A stretch of 61,293 nucleotides of DNA, the filler included, from an uncultured Methanosarcinales archaeon (GTDB lineage Archaea; Nanobdellota; Nanobdellia; Woesearchaeales; GW2011-AR9), in the NCBI GenBank assembly GCA_964343575.1. It is 6 parts of 4 records of this genome, joined end to end, with 100 filler letters (N's around TTAATTAATTAA, not from the genome) between each part and the next. Parts side by side here need not be neighbours in the genome. Positions count along the whole stretch, not along the records: positions 5,785 to 31,489 come from CAYFJV010000002.1; 5 more parts are not named here. One strand, 5' to 3'. Positions 9,312-19,442 of this stretch are shown one piece after another (position 1 is the stretch's first letter; every line of letters starts with the position of its first letter). Position numbers and translations under genes: made by a program. Under the pieces are notes generated by a model that searched no databases, was not told the DNA's origin, and saw only the letters and a program-made list of their open reading frames with translations.

Positions 9312-11333
9312 ATGTTATTTACTAAAAAATTTTTTTTACTCTCTTTACTTGCATTTTTCTCTTTGCTTTTGAGTTCTTCAGCCTTGGCGGTTACTGCGAT
9401 TGATTATGATAGTATTTTACCTTCTTTTGTTACTGGCTGTGGTGAGACTTTGGATCAAGATGGAGAGACCTATGTGCTTGCTTCAAGCTTAGAGTGTGTT
9501 GGTGGTCCAACTCCTACTTTGACTATCTCTGGTGATGATATTGTTCTTGGTTGTGGTTTACAAACAATCCATTCCAGTAATGGGCTTGGGATTGCGGTGC
9601 GTGTAACTGGAAATAATGTTCATATTTCAGACTGCCTCATTGATGATTTTGAGGTTGGGGTTGACTTCTATTATTCCAGTGGTAGTGGTGTTACCAACAC
9701 TGTTGTGACAGATGGTACTTTTGGTATTAATCTTGTTTCTACGACTGGAACTACTCTTACTGGTAATTCTCTTCTTGGAAACGAGTATGGTATTAATGTT
9801 GCAGGAGCATCTACAGGAAATGTTTTTGATTCAAACACTGCTTGTGGTAGCGGCGATGATGATTTTACCTGTCATCCGACTTCTACTTCTGCAAGTGGAT
9901 CTGGAAACTTTTTTGATGAAGTGAGCGTTTGCGCTGATGGTTGGCCAGACACTTTGAGTTATAACCCTTGTTCAGCGAGTGATTATTTCACTTTGGATAG
10001 TAGTGATTGTGGAGCTCAATTGACGAGCTCTGGTACTTATACTCTTACTGAAGATATGCATTGTCCTGGTCAAAATGGAATTGTTATTGCGGGAGATTCA
10101 GTCGCACTTTTGTGTGATGATCATGAAATCAGTGGAGATGGAAGCCAAAACGGGATCCATGTCACTGCAGATAATGTGCAGATTTATGATTGTGCGGTTT
10201 CTTCTTTTAGTACTGGGATTAATCTTTATGGTGCCTTATCTCCAGTTCTAGATTCTAATATCGTAAGTTCTTCTAGCTATGATGGAATCTCACTTTATGA
10301 TGTTGAAGATGGATCTTTTAATGGAAACTTGGTTCAAGATAGTGGAAATATTGGGATTAATTTGGGAGGGGGTTCTCGCTCGAATGCTTTTGATTCTAAC
10401 ATCTTAACTGGAAATGCTATGTATGGAGTTTATTTCTACGGCTCCGGGGAAAATTCTTTCCAGTCTGGACTGGTTGCTGCTAATGCGGATTCAGGAATTC
10501 GTGTAGGAAGTGTTGGGAACCAGATTCTTTCGAACACGGTAGAGGATAATGGTGGTTCTGGAGTTTCTTTGTTTAACTTTGTTGGTGCGACTCTTATTGA
10601 GGATAATGATATCTTTAATAATGAGTTATTTGGAATTCACCTTAATGTTTACCCCCATCTCAATGAAATATACAGGAACACTATTTATCAGAATGAACAT
10701 GGTATCTATTTCGAAGGTGGTGCTGGGGAAGGAAGTATTATTGAGGGTAATGCTGTCTATGAAAACCGAGATATGGGGATTTTTTTGGATGGTGTAACTG
10801 ATGTTATTGTTTATAGTAATACTGTGACCGATAACGTTTTTAATGGGATTCAGGTAATCGGCGACTCTACCGTGAGCATTGATGGGAATACGGTTACTAA
10901 CAATGGTAATCGTGGAATTAACTTGAAAGGAACGAGTGATGCTGAAGTTTATGAGAATTATGCTTGTGACAATGTGGGCTATGACTTCTTTTGCCTTTCT
11001 GGAGCTCAAGCACATGGATTTAGAAATCAATTTGGTCGTGCAACAGAGGATATCTCTGTTTGTGATGATGCTTGGCCATCTACCTCTGATGAGTCGGCTT
11101 TTTGTTTTGATGGTTTTACAACTATTTTTGATGCGGACCAATGCGAGGGGGCTGGGGGAATTTGGTACCGGGAAATTTGTTATGATCCTTTAGATGCTGA
11201 TGCCGATGCTAGTGGTTTTGTTGATACCAATGATGCCAGTACCTACATTGCTAACTTGTATCTTGACCCTTTCATTGACTGGGAGTCTGTTAAGTTATTC
11301 GTTTATCTTTATCTTAACCAACCAACTAGCTGA
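9312..11333 (+). CDS. Secreted beta-helix (NosD/CASH-like) protein with dockerin-like C-terminus
   Basis: GGTGA SD before ATG 9312; signal peptide; beta-helix repeats; DADASGFVDTND...YLYLNQPTS end. Confidence 0.75.
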   Translation: MLFTKKFFLLSLLAFFSLLLSSSALAVTAIDYDSILPSFVTGCGETLDQDGETYVLASSLECVGGPTPTLTISGDDIVLGCGLQTIHSSNGLGIAVRVTGNNVHISDCLIDDFEVGVDFYYSSGSGVTNTVVTDGTFGINLVSTTGTTLTGNSLLGNEYGINVAGASTGNVFDSNTACGSGDDDFTCHPTSTSASGSGNFFDEVSVCADGWPDTLSYNPCSASDYFTLDSSDCGAQLTSSGTYTLTEDMHCPGQNGIVIAGDSVALLCDDHEISGDGSQNGIHVTADNVQIYDCAVSSFSTGINLYGALSPVLDSNIVSSSSYDGISLYDVEDGSFNGNLVQDSGNIGINLGGGSRSNAFDSNILTGNAMYGVYFYGSGENSFQSGLVAANADSGIRVGSVGNQILSNTVEDNGGSGVSLFNFVGATLIEDNDIFNNELFGIHLNVYPHLNEIYRNTIYQNEHGIYFEGGAGEGSIIEGNAVYENRDMGIFLDGVTDVIVYSNTVTDNVFNGIQVIGDSTVSIDGNTVTNNGNRGINLKGTSDAEVYENYACDNVGYDFFCLSGAQAHGFRNQFGRATEDISVCDDAWPSTSDESAFCFDGFTTIFDADQCEGAGGIWYREICYDPLDADADASGFVDTNDASTYIANLYLDPFIDWESVKLFVYLYLNQPTS

Positions 11334-11504
11334 TCTTACCTGGCTTTTCTTACTTTATTTCTTCTCTTCTTTCTTGTAATCTTCTCTTTTCCCTTTGCTT
11401 GTTCTTATTTTTGGTCTTTATTTAGAAAAAGATTTAAATAACTAAAATGCCTGGTTTCTTCTTGATGTTGTGGTCCTTTCTTGGGACCGAAAAAAGAGGT
11501 AAAT

Positions 11505-14294
11505 ATGATGTCTTATTTTTCTAAGCTAAGGTTTGTACTCCTTTGTTCCTTATTCCTTTGTTTTCTTACCATGCCCTTGGCATTTGGTCTTACTGTTTTA
11601 CCCCACGGCTGTGGCCAAGATTTGAGTGTAGATGGAGAAACCTACCAATTTGCTAGCCCTTCAACTGATTTAGAATGTGTTGGGGTTGCTGCAGGTAATG
11701 GGTTTACAATTACTGCAGATAACATTCAGGTGGATTGTCAGAACATGCGTTTGGTTGGAGATGATATTGGCTCTGGTGTACTTGTTACTGGAGATAATGT
11801 AAGAATAGAGAATTGTCGTTTTGATTCTTTTGCTAAAGGAGTTAACCTTTATCGTTCAGAAAGCTCTGAATTAATTGACGTAGATGCAAAAAATAATGTT
11901 GAAGAAGGAATTTATCTCACTGGTTCTCATTATGCTCTTCTTGAGGATGTGTTTGTGGAGAACAACGGGGGAGATGGGATTCTTGTTGATTCTTCAGACA
12001 ATGTTGAGCTTATTGATTTTGAGGTTAAGGATAGCACTGAAAGTGGAATTTATGTTGAAGCATCTGATTTGACAAGCGTTTCTGATGGGCTAGTTAGTAG
12101 CAATCTTGCTGCGGGTGTAGAACTTTTTGAAGCAACAAATTCTCTTTTTTCTAACGTTGAATCGGTTGGAAACAGCGAAGAAGGTTTTTTTGTGAGCTCT
12201 TCAACTGGTGTTGTTATTGAGGAAAGTGACTCTGTGGAAAATGAGTTCGGTTTTCGTGCTGCCGATGATTCGGTGGTTGATCTTCAGAGAAATTACATCT
12301 GTGAAAATGTTGGAGGAGATGGCGTTGCTGGGACAAGAGACCAGTTCCTTTGTGAGGGTGATTCTGAAGTAACTGGGACTGCTAATTTTCTTCTTATGCC
12401 TCCTTCTACAGATTTTTTGGGAATCTGTCATGAGTATCCAACGGTAGATGGCGTTGAAAACTTTAATTGTAATGATATTGGGAGCGTTATTACTTCTTGT
12501 GGTCAAGAAATCACAAGCCCTGGAACTTATATTCTTGGGACAGATTTAGTTTGTGATTCTTCACATGGAAATGGTCTTGTCATCTCTGCTGATGACGTTG
12601 ATTTTTCTTGTGGACCATATAGTATTGCAGGAAGTGAAGCTTGGTATGGAATACATGTAACTGGAGATAGGGTTTCTGTTTCTGACTGTAGCATTGAAGA
12701 TTTTGGAGTGGGGGTTGTTTTAGAAAGTGTTGATGAGCCAACTGTTAGTGATATGGTAATAACTAGCTCTTCTGGAGATGGTTTGCGCCTTGATGTTGTG
12801 AATGGGGGTACTTTTGAGAATAACCAGATTTTTGATAGTGACAGTGTCAATCTTGAAGTCAGCGAGGGAAATAATAACGTCTTTGTTTCAAGTACTTTTT
12901 CAGGTAGCGGTTATCACAACGTGCTTTTTGAGGATTCTTCTGGTAACACTTTTGAGAATAATGTTGTTACGGGGAGTGACTTTCAAGGAGCTTTGTTTTT
13001 GACAGGAAGCGAGAACAACCTTATTCAAAGAAACCAACTCTACGGTAATGTGCTTTCTGGTTTATATATTGGAAGTTCGGAGAATAACGAAGTGTTTGCT
13101 AATGTAATTTATGACAACCAAGAACAGGGAATCCGTTTAGCTATGGCTGGCCCAACAGTGGTGGAAGGAAATTACATGTGTGATAATGTTTTGGAAGATT
13201 TCTTTTGTGATAGTAATTCCTTTGCTAGTGGATCTAATAACTATGCTGGAAGAGAATCGGGAGACATTATGGAGTGTGGGGACGATTGGCCTGCAAGCGA
13301 ACAGAACTTTGTTTGTGACGATTTTGGCTTTGTTCACCATTGTGCTCAAGAGTTAGTTCTTCCAGCAGTTTACACACTTTCTACAGACCTTGATTGTAGT
13401 GCAAGTTCTGGAGATGGTTTGACCATTAATGGAAACGACATTACTTTGAGTTGTAATGGACATAGTATTCTTGGATCTGGAACTGGCGATGGTGTTTTTG
13501 CAACAGGGAGTAACATTGGGATTCAGTCTTGTAGGATTGATTCTTTTAACAATGGGTTTTATCTGGAAGAGGTGAGTGCAGGTTATATTGCAGACAATAC
13601 TTTACTTTATTCCCATGAGAATGGGATTGAGACTGAAGCGATGGTGGCAAGTATTTTAGTTGGTAACACTGTTACTGATGGGCTGGTGCGCGGAATGTAC
13701 ATTAGGGGAGCAAGTGATGGAAATGTTATTGATGGAAACACTATCTCTGGTCATTCTTCTGAGAGGGGAATTTGGCTTCGAAACTCTGAAGAAAACACTT
13801 TGAACGGCAACATTATTACTGGGAATAAAAAGGGAATTGGGATCTTAGATGTAGGAATGGATCCTGGTTTTGGTCCAACTGTTTTAAGTAACAATGAAAT
13901 TTGTGATAGTATCGGTTATGATGTCTTTTGTGCAGATACTTCGACTGTTGAAGGGACAGGAAACATTTTTGGTTCTTCAGAACTTGATGCAACTTATGGT
14001 GATAGAATCCAGCTTTGTACTTCTGGTTGGCCAGTTTTAGAAGCAGACCATAGTTATTGTGGCGTTGACTTTGAAAGCATTACTGATCAAGTAACTTGTG
14101 AAAGTTTGGATGGTATTTGGTACGAAGGAATTTGTTATGACCCTTTAGTTGCTGATATTGATGCGGATGGTGATGTTGATGTTGATGATGCTCAGGAATA
14201 CATTGTGAATGTTGGAACTTATCTTGGAACACTCATTGATTGGGAGAACATTAAGCTCTTTACTTATCTTTACTTTAATCAACCAGTTAGTTAG
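11505..14294 (+). CDS. Secreted multi-module beta-helix protein with dockerin-like C-terminus
   Basis: GAGGT SD before ATG 11505; three Cys-capped beta-helix modules; DIDADGDVDVDD...YLYFNQPVS end. Confidence 0.75.
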   Translation: MMSYFSKLRFVLLCSLFLCFLTMPLAFGLTVLPHGCGQDLSVDGETYQFASPSTDLECVGVAAGNGFTITADNIQVDCQNMRLVGDDIGSGVLVTGDNVRIENCRFDSFAKGVNLYRSESSELIDVDAKNNVEEGIYLTGSHYALLEDVFVENNGGDGILVDSSDNVELIDFEVKDSTESGIYVEASDLTSVSDGLVSSNLAAGVELFEATNSLFSNVESVGNSEEGFFVSSSTGVVIEESDSVENEFGFRAADDSVVDLQRNYICENVGGDGVAGTRDQFLCEGDSEVTGTANFLLMPPSTDFLGICHEYPTVDGVENFNCNDIGSVITSCGQEITSPGTYILGTDLVCDSSHGNGLVISADDVDFSCGPYSIAGSEAWYGIHVTGDRVSVSDCSIEDFGVGVVLESVDEPTVSDMVITSSSGDGLRLDVVNGGTFENNQIFDSDSVNLEVSEGNNNVFVSSTFSGSGYHNVLFEDSSGNTFENNVVTGSDFQGALFLTGSENNLIQRNQLYGNVLSGLYIGSSENNEVFANVIYDNQEQGIRLAMAGPTVVEGNYMCDNVLEDFFCDSNSFASGSNNYAGRESGDIMECGDDWPASEQNFVCDDFGFVHHCAQELVLPAVYTLSTDLDCSASSGDGLTINGNDITLSCNGHSILGSGTGDGVFATGSNIGIQSCRIDSFNNGFYLEEVSAGYIADNTLLYSHENGIETEAMVASILVGNTVTDGLVRGMYIRGASDGNVIDGNTISGHSSERGIWLRNSEENTLNGNIITGNKKGIGILDVGMDPGFGPTVLSNNEICDSIGYDVFCADTSTVEGTGNIFGSSELDATYGDRIQLCTSGWPVLEADHSYCGVDFESITDQVTCESLDGIWYEGICYDPLVADIDADGDVDVDDAQEYIVNVGTYLGTLIDWENIKLFTYLYFNQPVS

Positions 14295-14501
14295 TTGGGT
14301 GTTGGTTGGAGTCAAAAGAGAGTAAAATTGTGGCTAAAGTTATGGCTAAGAGGTGTATTTTGTGGACTCAAAGGGGCTCAGTGAGAAGAAAGTTTATAAA
14401 TCAAAAAGTATCACTTTGTGGAGATTAGATGTTTTGTATTGGATGGTCATTATTTTGTTGTAAAATCTGTGATTATTTCAACTGTAAAAAGAGAGGGAAA
14501 G

Positions 14502-17500
14502 ATGGTAAAAAGAAAAGGTACTCGGAAAGTTGCTCGTTCTTCTTCAAAAGGGAGGACGAAGAGAAGTGTTTCTAAAACAAAAAGGAGAAGTGGGGCAGCC
14601 AGAAGTTCTGCAAAGCCGCTTGGACAACGTTCTTTATTCTCAAGAGGGAGTTTGGACCCACAACAAAACCGGGTACTTGTTGTGGCAGGAGTTTCTCTCG
14701 CAGTTTTGGTTCTTTTTGCAGCAATCTTTTTCTTTCGAAGCGCAAGTGTTGGTCAGGCAGTCCAGGTTACTTCAGACACAATTTGTGAAGTGGGTCATGC
14801 TTGTTTTGTGACTGAGGGCCTTCCTTTCTCGGAGGCAGCAGCAGAAGTAGGAGATATTTTTGAGTTGACTCTTAAGGCCCGTAGTCTTGGAGGTTACATC
14901 GGAGAGGAGATTGCTGAGGCGAGTTTTGTTGTCACTTATGACCACACTGCCCTCGAGTATGTTGGTTTTGATTCTTTACTTCCTTCTGTTTTTGATTCTT
15001 CTCTTTATAGTGAGCAGGTTACTGAGCTCTCTCCTGGGCAGCTTCAGTATATCTTTGTAGAACTTGATCCTGCTCCGGGTGCTGCCCTAACTATACCTGC
15101 GACGCCGAGTGTTGTTGATTTTGTGACTCTTAATTTTAACGTTCTGGATCTTAGTACTCCAGTTGATCTTAGTTATACTCTTCAGGATGTGATTGTGCAG
15201 TCTGATATTGAAGATGGTGATGGGATTGTTACTAGTGTTTTGACAACCGGAGATAGTGCTATTCTTGTAGATGGTTCTAGCTTGGCTTTCCTTGAACCAA
15301 GTTTTGATCCAAGAGATGGTGACATGAATGTTCCTCTTGATATGCCAATTACTGTTCAGTTTGATAGGGAGGTCTTCTTTGCGGGAGCTATTGAGGATGC
15401 CTTTGTTTTACGGGACCCTTTTACCACAAAATCAATTTCAGCGAGTTATGATTCTGTTGGGCATAGTGTGGTTATAACTGCAGTTGGTGGTTATGATTAT
15501 GAGACGGAGTATTCTTTGGAGGTAAGAGATGGGCAGGTTTATGATGCCTTAGGTATAACTGTCCCGGTTGGTATGGAGATTAGCTTTACCACGCAACCGA
15601 GTTATTTAGAGACTGTGTTTTCTCCAGAAGATGGGGCAAGTGATGTTGCAGTTGGAGCATCTTTACAAATCGACTTCGAGGAAGAACTTCAGTGGAACTT
15701 TCAACAGTTAGATGAAGGATTGTTTTTGCAAGATGCAGATGGGGCAGATATCCCTTTCAGTGCGTCTTATAATGGTCAAGAATATACTTTCATTTTGGAC
15801 CCGGCTTCAGATCTTGACATGGGAACGACTTATACTTATGGTCTCTCTTTGCCAGAAGAGATAATTGGAGGGGTTAGTGGAGATCATGCAGCACCTGATA
15901 GCTTTGCGACTTTCACTACAACTCCTGCTCCAGTAGATACAACGCCACCAGGTGTTGATTTCTGGCCAGGCCAGTTTGCAGATGGAGTTCCTTTAGGAAC
16001 AGTTATTGCTTTACAGTTTGATGAGTCAGTCGAATCCATTCCTCTTCAGGCGCTTGGTGGAACTTCCGTTTCCTTAAGTACTTTCTCTGATGTTTCTCCA
16101 ATCTTAGAATTTTATGATGTGACACGAGGAAGGCCTGTTCTCTTCTCGGCACGTTATGGGGAGACAAGAAATGCTATCTTCATAGAGCCTCGGTTCGACC
16201 TCAAACATGATACTGTTTATGCAGTGATTCTCAAGGGAGATTATGTCCAGGATCTTTCAGGTAATGTACTTACTAGCGACCAGCGCTTTGCTTTTAGAAC
16301 AGAGAGTGAACCTGCGGTTGTTCCTGCTGGACCAATTGAAGTTATTTTTAACCCAACCCAAGGGTCGAGTGATGTTTCTGTTGAGGAAGTAGTCTACATT
16401 ACTTTTGATCGAGAGATGGAGTTGCTTAGTGGGGCTTCGATTGATAGTCTTACTGATTATAGTTCCTTGATCTCCTTTGAGGATGCTCTTGGGAATCCAG
16501 TTGATCATACCGTACTTTACGATGCAGGAACTATGATGTTTAGTGTTGATCCGGTTGCAGATCTTGGTTATGACACTCAATTTGTTGTAACTCTTGCTGG
16601 TGATGAACTTCAAGACCTTTCAGGACAGTTGCTTGGAGAGCAAACTCTTAGCTTTACAAGTGAGGCTGATCCTGCGGTTGCTTGTGCACTTGGAGATTTG
16701 AGTGCCTGTGAAGATGAAGCATCTTGTCTTGCTGTAGGTGGTGAGTGGGTCTTGGCTATCTGTTTGCAACCAGTGGATGATCCTGATGGAGATGGGGTTG
16801 TTGGTGCGGCAGATCTTTGTCCATTAGAGTATGCTGAAACTGTTGATGGTTGTCCTGAGATCGTTGATACTTGTACAACAAACCCTCTACTTTGCCTTGA
16901 TGAGTTAAGCTGTAGCGCAGAAGGATGGCTTTGGGAAGCGAGCTTGCCAGAATGTCTTGATCCTCTAGGTGATCATGATGGAGATGGTATCGACAATGGT
17001 GATGAGATTGTTGGTTGTGTCACTGATCCGACTTCAACTTGTGGCCAGAGTGTAATTGGAGATTTGGGAATCTGGTTTGTTCCTGAAGATGGGTCTGTTG
17101 ACGTGGGAGTGGATGAAGTCATTGAGGTGCACTTTGATGAAGAGATCCGGTTTGATGATCTTAGTAAGTTAATCTCCTTTACTGATGCGAGTGGAAGCGA
17201 TGTTGCTTCGGATCTGCAGTACAGTGAGACAACTTTTACTGTAACTGTTGATCCGGTTGAGTATCTTGCAAATGATGCATTGTATACCTTGACTGTTTTT
17301 GCTGACTTTGTGGAAGGAAAGTCTGGGGCTGACTTGCCTGGTGATCAATCAATGAGTTTTACAACTGGACCTGATACAGTAACTGTTGCTGCCTGTTCTT
17401 TAGCAGACTTGCAGCTCTGTGAGGACGAAGTGTCCTGTCTTGCTGTTGCTGGTGTTTGGATCTCAGATGTTGAACTTTGTGATCTGGCAGATGGAGACTT

Positions 17501-18140
17501 TGATTTAGACGGTGTTTTGAATGCTGATGATCTTTGTCCTTCAGAGTATAGTATTGAGGCTGATGGTTGTCCATTGCCAGATTCTTTGGATTGTAGCACG
17601 GATCTGAGTACTTGTACTACAGAAGATGAGTGTACTGCTGCGAGTGGAGTTTGGGATGGAGTGGCTTGTTTGTTAGATGAGACTGTTGATTATGATGGAG
17701 ATGGTCTTGTTGGAGCTGCTGATCTTTGTCCTTACGATGGCCATGCCACCGTTGATGGATGTGCAGAAGTGAGCTTGCCACCAGAGTTTTACACAGTTAG
17801 TGTGACTGATGCGGCAGGAGTTGAGGTAAGTGGAGATCTCTTGCTTGGTGGGCTTTACACTGTTGAGATTGTTGTTGCTCCAGATGCAACGCTTGGTGAT
17901 CTTCCTGAACATCTTTTGATCTCCCAAGTCCTTGTTGATGGTTCAAGTGAGGCGGGGACTTTGGTCTCTCAGCATAAGGATGCTTTGGCGGTAGGTGGTA
18001 GCGAAACACTTACTTACACCTTCACTGCAGATGGTACTGGAGATCATCAGATAAGTGTGTTTATCTGGTCTGATTGGATCAGCCAAGGGGGAGTTGTCCT
18101 AGCCGATAGTTTCGAGGTGAGCTACAGTGCAAGTTCATAG
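14502..18140 (+). CDS. Membrane-anchored scaffold-like surface protein: basic tail, TM, cohesin-like, Big_5 repeats, TSP3-like Ca-binding repeats
   Basis: K/R tail plus TM; FVVTYDHTALEYVG cohesin-like motif; P.DG..DV...I...FD repeats; D.DGDG....DLCP repeats. Confidence 0.7.
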   Translation: MVKRKGTRKVARSSSKGRTKRSVSKTKRRSGAARSSAKPLGQRSLFSRGSLDPQQNRVLVVAGVSLAVLVLFAAIFFFRSASVGQAVQVTSDTICEVGHACFVTEGLPFSEAAAEVGDIFELTLKARSLGGYIGEEIAEASFVVTYDHTALEYVGFDSLLPSVFDSSLYSEQVTELSPGQLQYIFVELDPAPGAALTIPATPSVVDFVTLNFNVLDLSTPVDLSYTLQDVIVQSDIEDGDGIVTSVLTTGDSAILVDGSSLAFLEPSFDPRDGDMNVPLDMPITVQFDREVFFAGAIEDAFVLRDPFTTKSISASYDSVGHSVVITAVGGYDYETEYSLEVRDGQVYDALGITVPVGMEISFTTQPSYLETVFSPEDGASDVAVGASLQIDFEEELQWNFQQLDEGLFLQDADGADIPFSASYNGQEYTFILDPASDLDMGTTYTYGLSLPEEIIGGVSGDHAAPDSFATFTTTPAPVDTTPPGVDFWPGQFADGVPLGTVIALQFDESVESIPLQALGGTSVSLSTFSDVSPILEFYDVTRGRPVLFSARYGETRNAIFIEPRFDLKHDTVYAVILKGDYVQDLSGNVLTSDQRFAFRTESEPAVVPAGPIEVIFNPTQGSSDVSVEEVVYITFDREMELLSGASIDSLTDYSSLISFEDALGNPVDHTVLYDAGTMMFSVDPVADLGYDTQFVVTLAGDELQDLSGQLLGEQTLSFTSEADPAVACALGDLSACEDEASCLAVGGEWVLAICLQPVDDPDGDGVVGAADLCPLEYAETVDGCPEIVDTCTTNPLLCLDELSCSAEGWLWEASLPECLDPLGDHDGDGIDNGDEIVGCVTDPTSTCGQSVIGDLGIWFVPEDGSVDVGVDEVIEVHFDEEIRFDDLSKLISFTDASGSDVASDLQYSETTFTVTVDPVEYLANDALYTLTVFADFVEGKSGADLPGDQSMSFTTGPDTVTVAACSLADLQLCEDEVSCLAVAGVWISDVELCDLADGDFDLDGVLNADDLCPSEYSIEADGCPLPDSLDCSTDLSTCTTEDECTAASGVWDGVACLLDETVDYDGDGLVGAADLCPYDGHATVDGCAEVSLPPEFYTVSVTDAAGVEVSGDLLLGGLYTVEIVVAPDATLGDLPEHLLISQVLVDGSSEAGTLVSQHKDALAVGGSETLTYTFTADGTGDHQISVFIWSDWISQGGVVLADSFEVSYSASS

Positions 18141-19203
18141 GGCAGCTCATAAGCGAGCAGTTTTGTTTTTTCTTTTTCTCTTTGTACTCTCTTTACCTTT
18201 TGTTTTAGCTACTTTTAGTTTGGATGTTGATGACTTTTATGATTCAGGAGATACTGTGAGCGTTAGTGTTTTTTGTGATGAAGGAACAGCAGCACTTCAA
18301 CTGATGAGTGGCTTTGATACCATTGCTATTGAACAAGCAGGAAGTTCTGATTTGGAAGTTGCTTTGGAATTAGCGCTTGATGATGGAGAGTATACTGCTT
18401 TTGCATCTTGTGACGGTGCAAGTGTGAGTAAGACTTTTTGTGTAGGGGATCCTGCTGCTTGCCCGGGGGTTGATTCTGGAGATCCTGGAGTTGAGGGGGA
18501 CATAGATCCTGATGATGGAAGTGATCCAGGAGATGGTTCTTCGCCTAGTGGGAGGGGAGGTTACTCTGGTAGTTGTGATCAGAATCTTTCTTGTAGTCCT
18601 TGGAGCTTTTGTGGTCCAGATTTAGTTAAAACTCGAAGTTGTGTCGATCTTAATGATTGTGGTGATGAGATTCCAGAAGAAGAGACCGTGCTTGCTTGTG
18701 ATGCTTGTGATCAGTCTTGGATTTGTTCAACTTGGGGAACTTGTAGTGGCAGCATCAATACTAGAGATTGTGTTGACGAACACGCCTGTGGTACTACTTC
18801 ACTTAAGCCTGCCTTGACTAAAGCTTGTAGCGCAAGTGATGCTAGTGGCCCTCAGCCGGTGAGGATTTCAAGTGATCTGACTCCACCAAGCGTGACTGCG
18901 CCTCCAGCTGCTACTCCTCCTGCAACGCAGCAGCCTTCTGTAGAAACAGAGTCTTTCTCTGATGTTTGGGAGGAGAACAAAGCTCTTTTCATTGCTTTAC
19001 CAATTATCTTACTCTTGATTGGCTTGCTCATCTTTTACTTTGTGCGCAAAGCTCATGGGCACCATGGTGCAGAGAATATGGGCCAATTAAATGATTATGT
19101 TGCCCAAGAGCGAGCTGCAGGGATTGCAGATAATGAAATTGAGGCGAGCCTTGGAAAAGCAGGTTGGACTGGTAAAGAAATTAGTTCTGCTTTGAAGAAG
19201 TAA
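18127..19203 (+). CDS. Surface protein with TSP1-like Cys repeats and C-terminal TM
   Basis: Signal peptide; CSPWSFC..TRSC.D.N.CG and CSTWGTC..TRDC.D...CG repeats; Pro-rich linker; TM. Confidence 0.65.
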   Translation: MQVHRAAHKRAVLFFLFLFVLSLPFVLATFSLDVDDFYDSGDTVSVSVFCDEGTAALQLMSGFDTIAIEQAGSSDLEVALELALDDGEYTAFASCDGASVSKTFCVGDPAACPGVDSGDPGVEGDIDPDDGSDPGDGSSPSGRGGYSGSCDQNLSCSPWSFCGPDLVKTRSCVDLNDCGDEIPEEETVLACDACDQSWICSTWGTCSGSINTRDCVDEHACGTTSLKPALTKACSASDASGPQPVRISSDLTPPSVTAPPAATPPATQQPSVETESFSDVWEENKALFIALPIILLLIGLLIFYFVRKAHGHHGAENMGQLNDYVAQERAAGIADNEIEASLGKAGWTGKEISSALKK

Positions 19204-19264
19204 GAGTCTTTTTCTTTCTTTTTTCTTCTTTGTTTACTTCTATTTTTTTTCTATCTTTTAGTCT

Positions 19265-19285
19265 GGGGATAGATGTTCTATCCCC
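19265..19285. promoter_or_regulatory. Perfect 9-bp hairpin upstream of the tRNA TATA box
   Basis: GGGGATAGA-tgt-TCTATCCCC followed by TTTTTAAAA; terminator or operator. Confidence 0.4.
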
Positions 19286-19323
19286 GATAGCTTTTTAAAA
19301 GAACTGGAGTTCTTCTCTCTTAT

Positions 19324-19442
19324 AGCGAGGTAGGGAAGCTAGGAGTACCCGCTGGGCTCATATAATTCACTGGTGTTCATAATCTTGAATTCCAGGAATT
19401 CAAGAAACCCAGAGATCGGAGGTTCAAATCCTCCCCTCGCTA
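19324..19442 (+). tRNA. Initiator tRNA-Met(CAT) with ~44-nt intron at 37/38 (about 19363-19406)
   Basis: AGCGAGG/CCTCGCT acceptor stem with A1-U72, GGG/CCC anticodon stem, CTCATA loop, GGTTCAAATCC T-arm; no encoded CCA. Confidence 0.9.

Noticed and set aside
5853..18503. Numerous short antisense or alternate-frame ORFs in the surface-protein cluster
   Set aside because: Shadows of long, well-supported plus-strand genes
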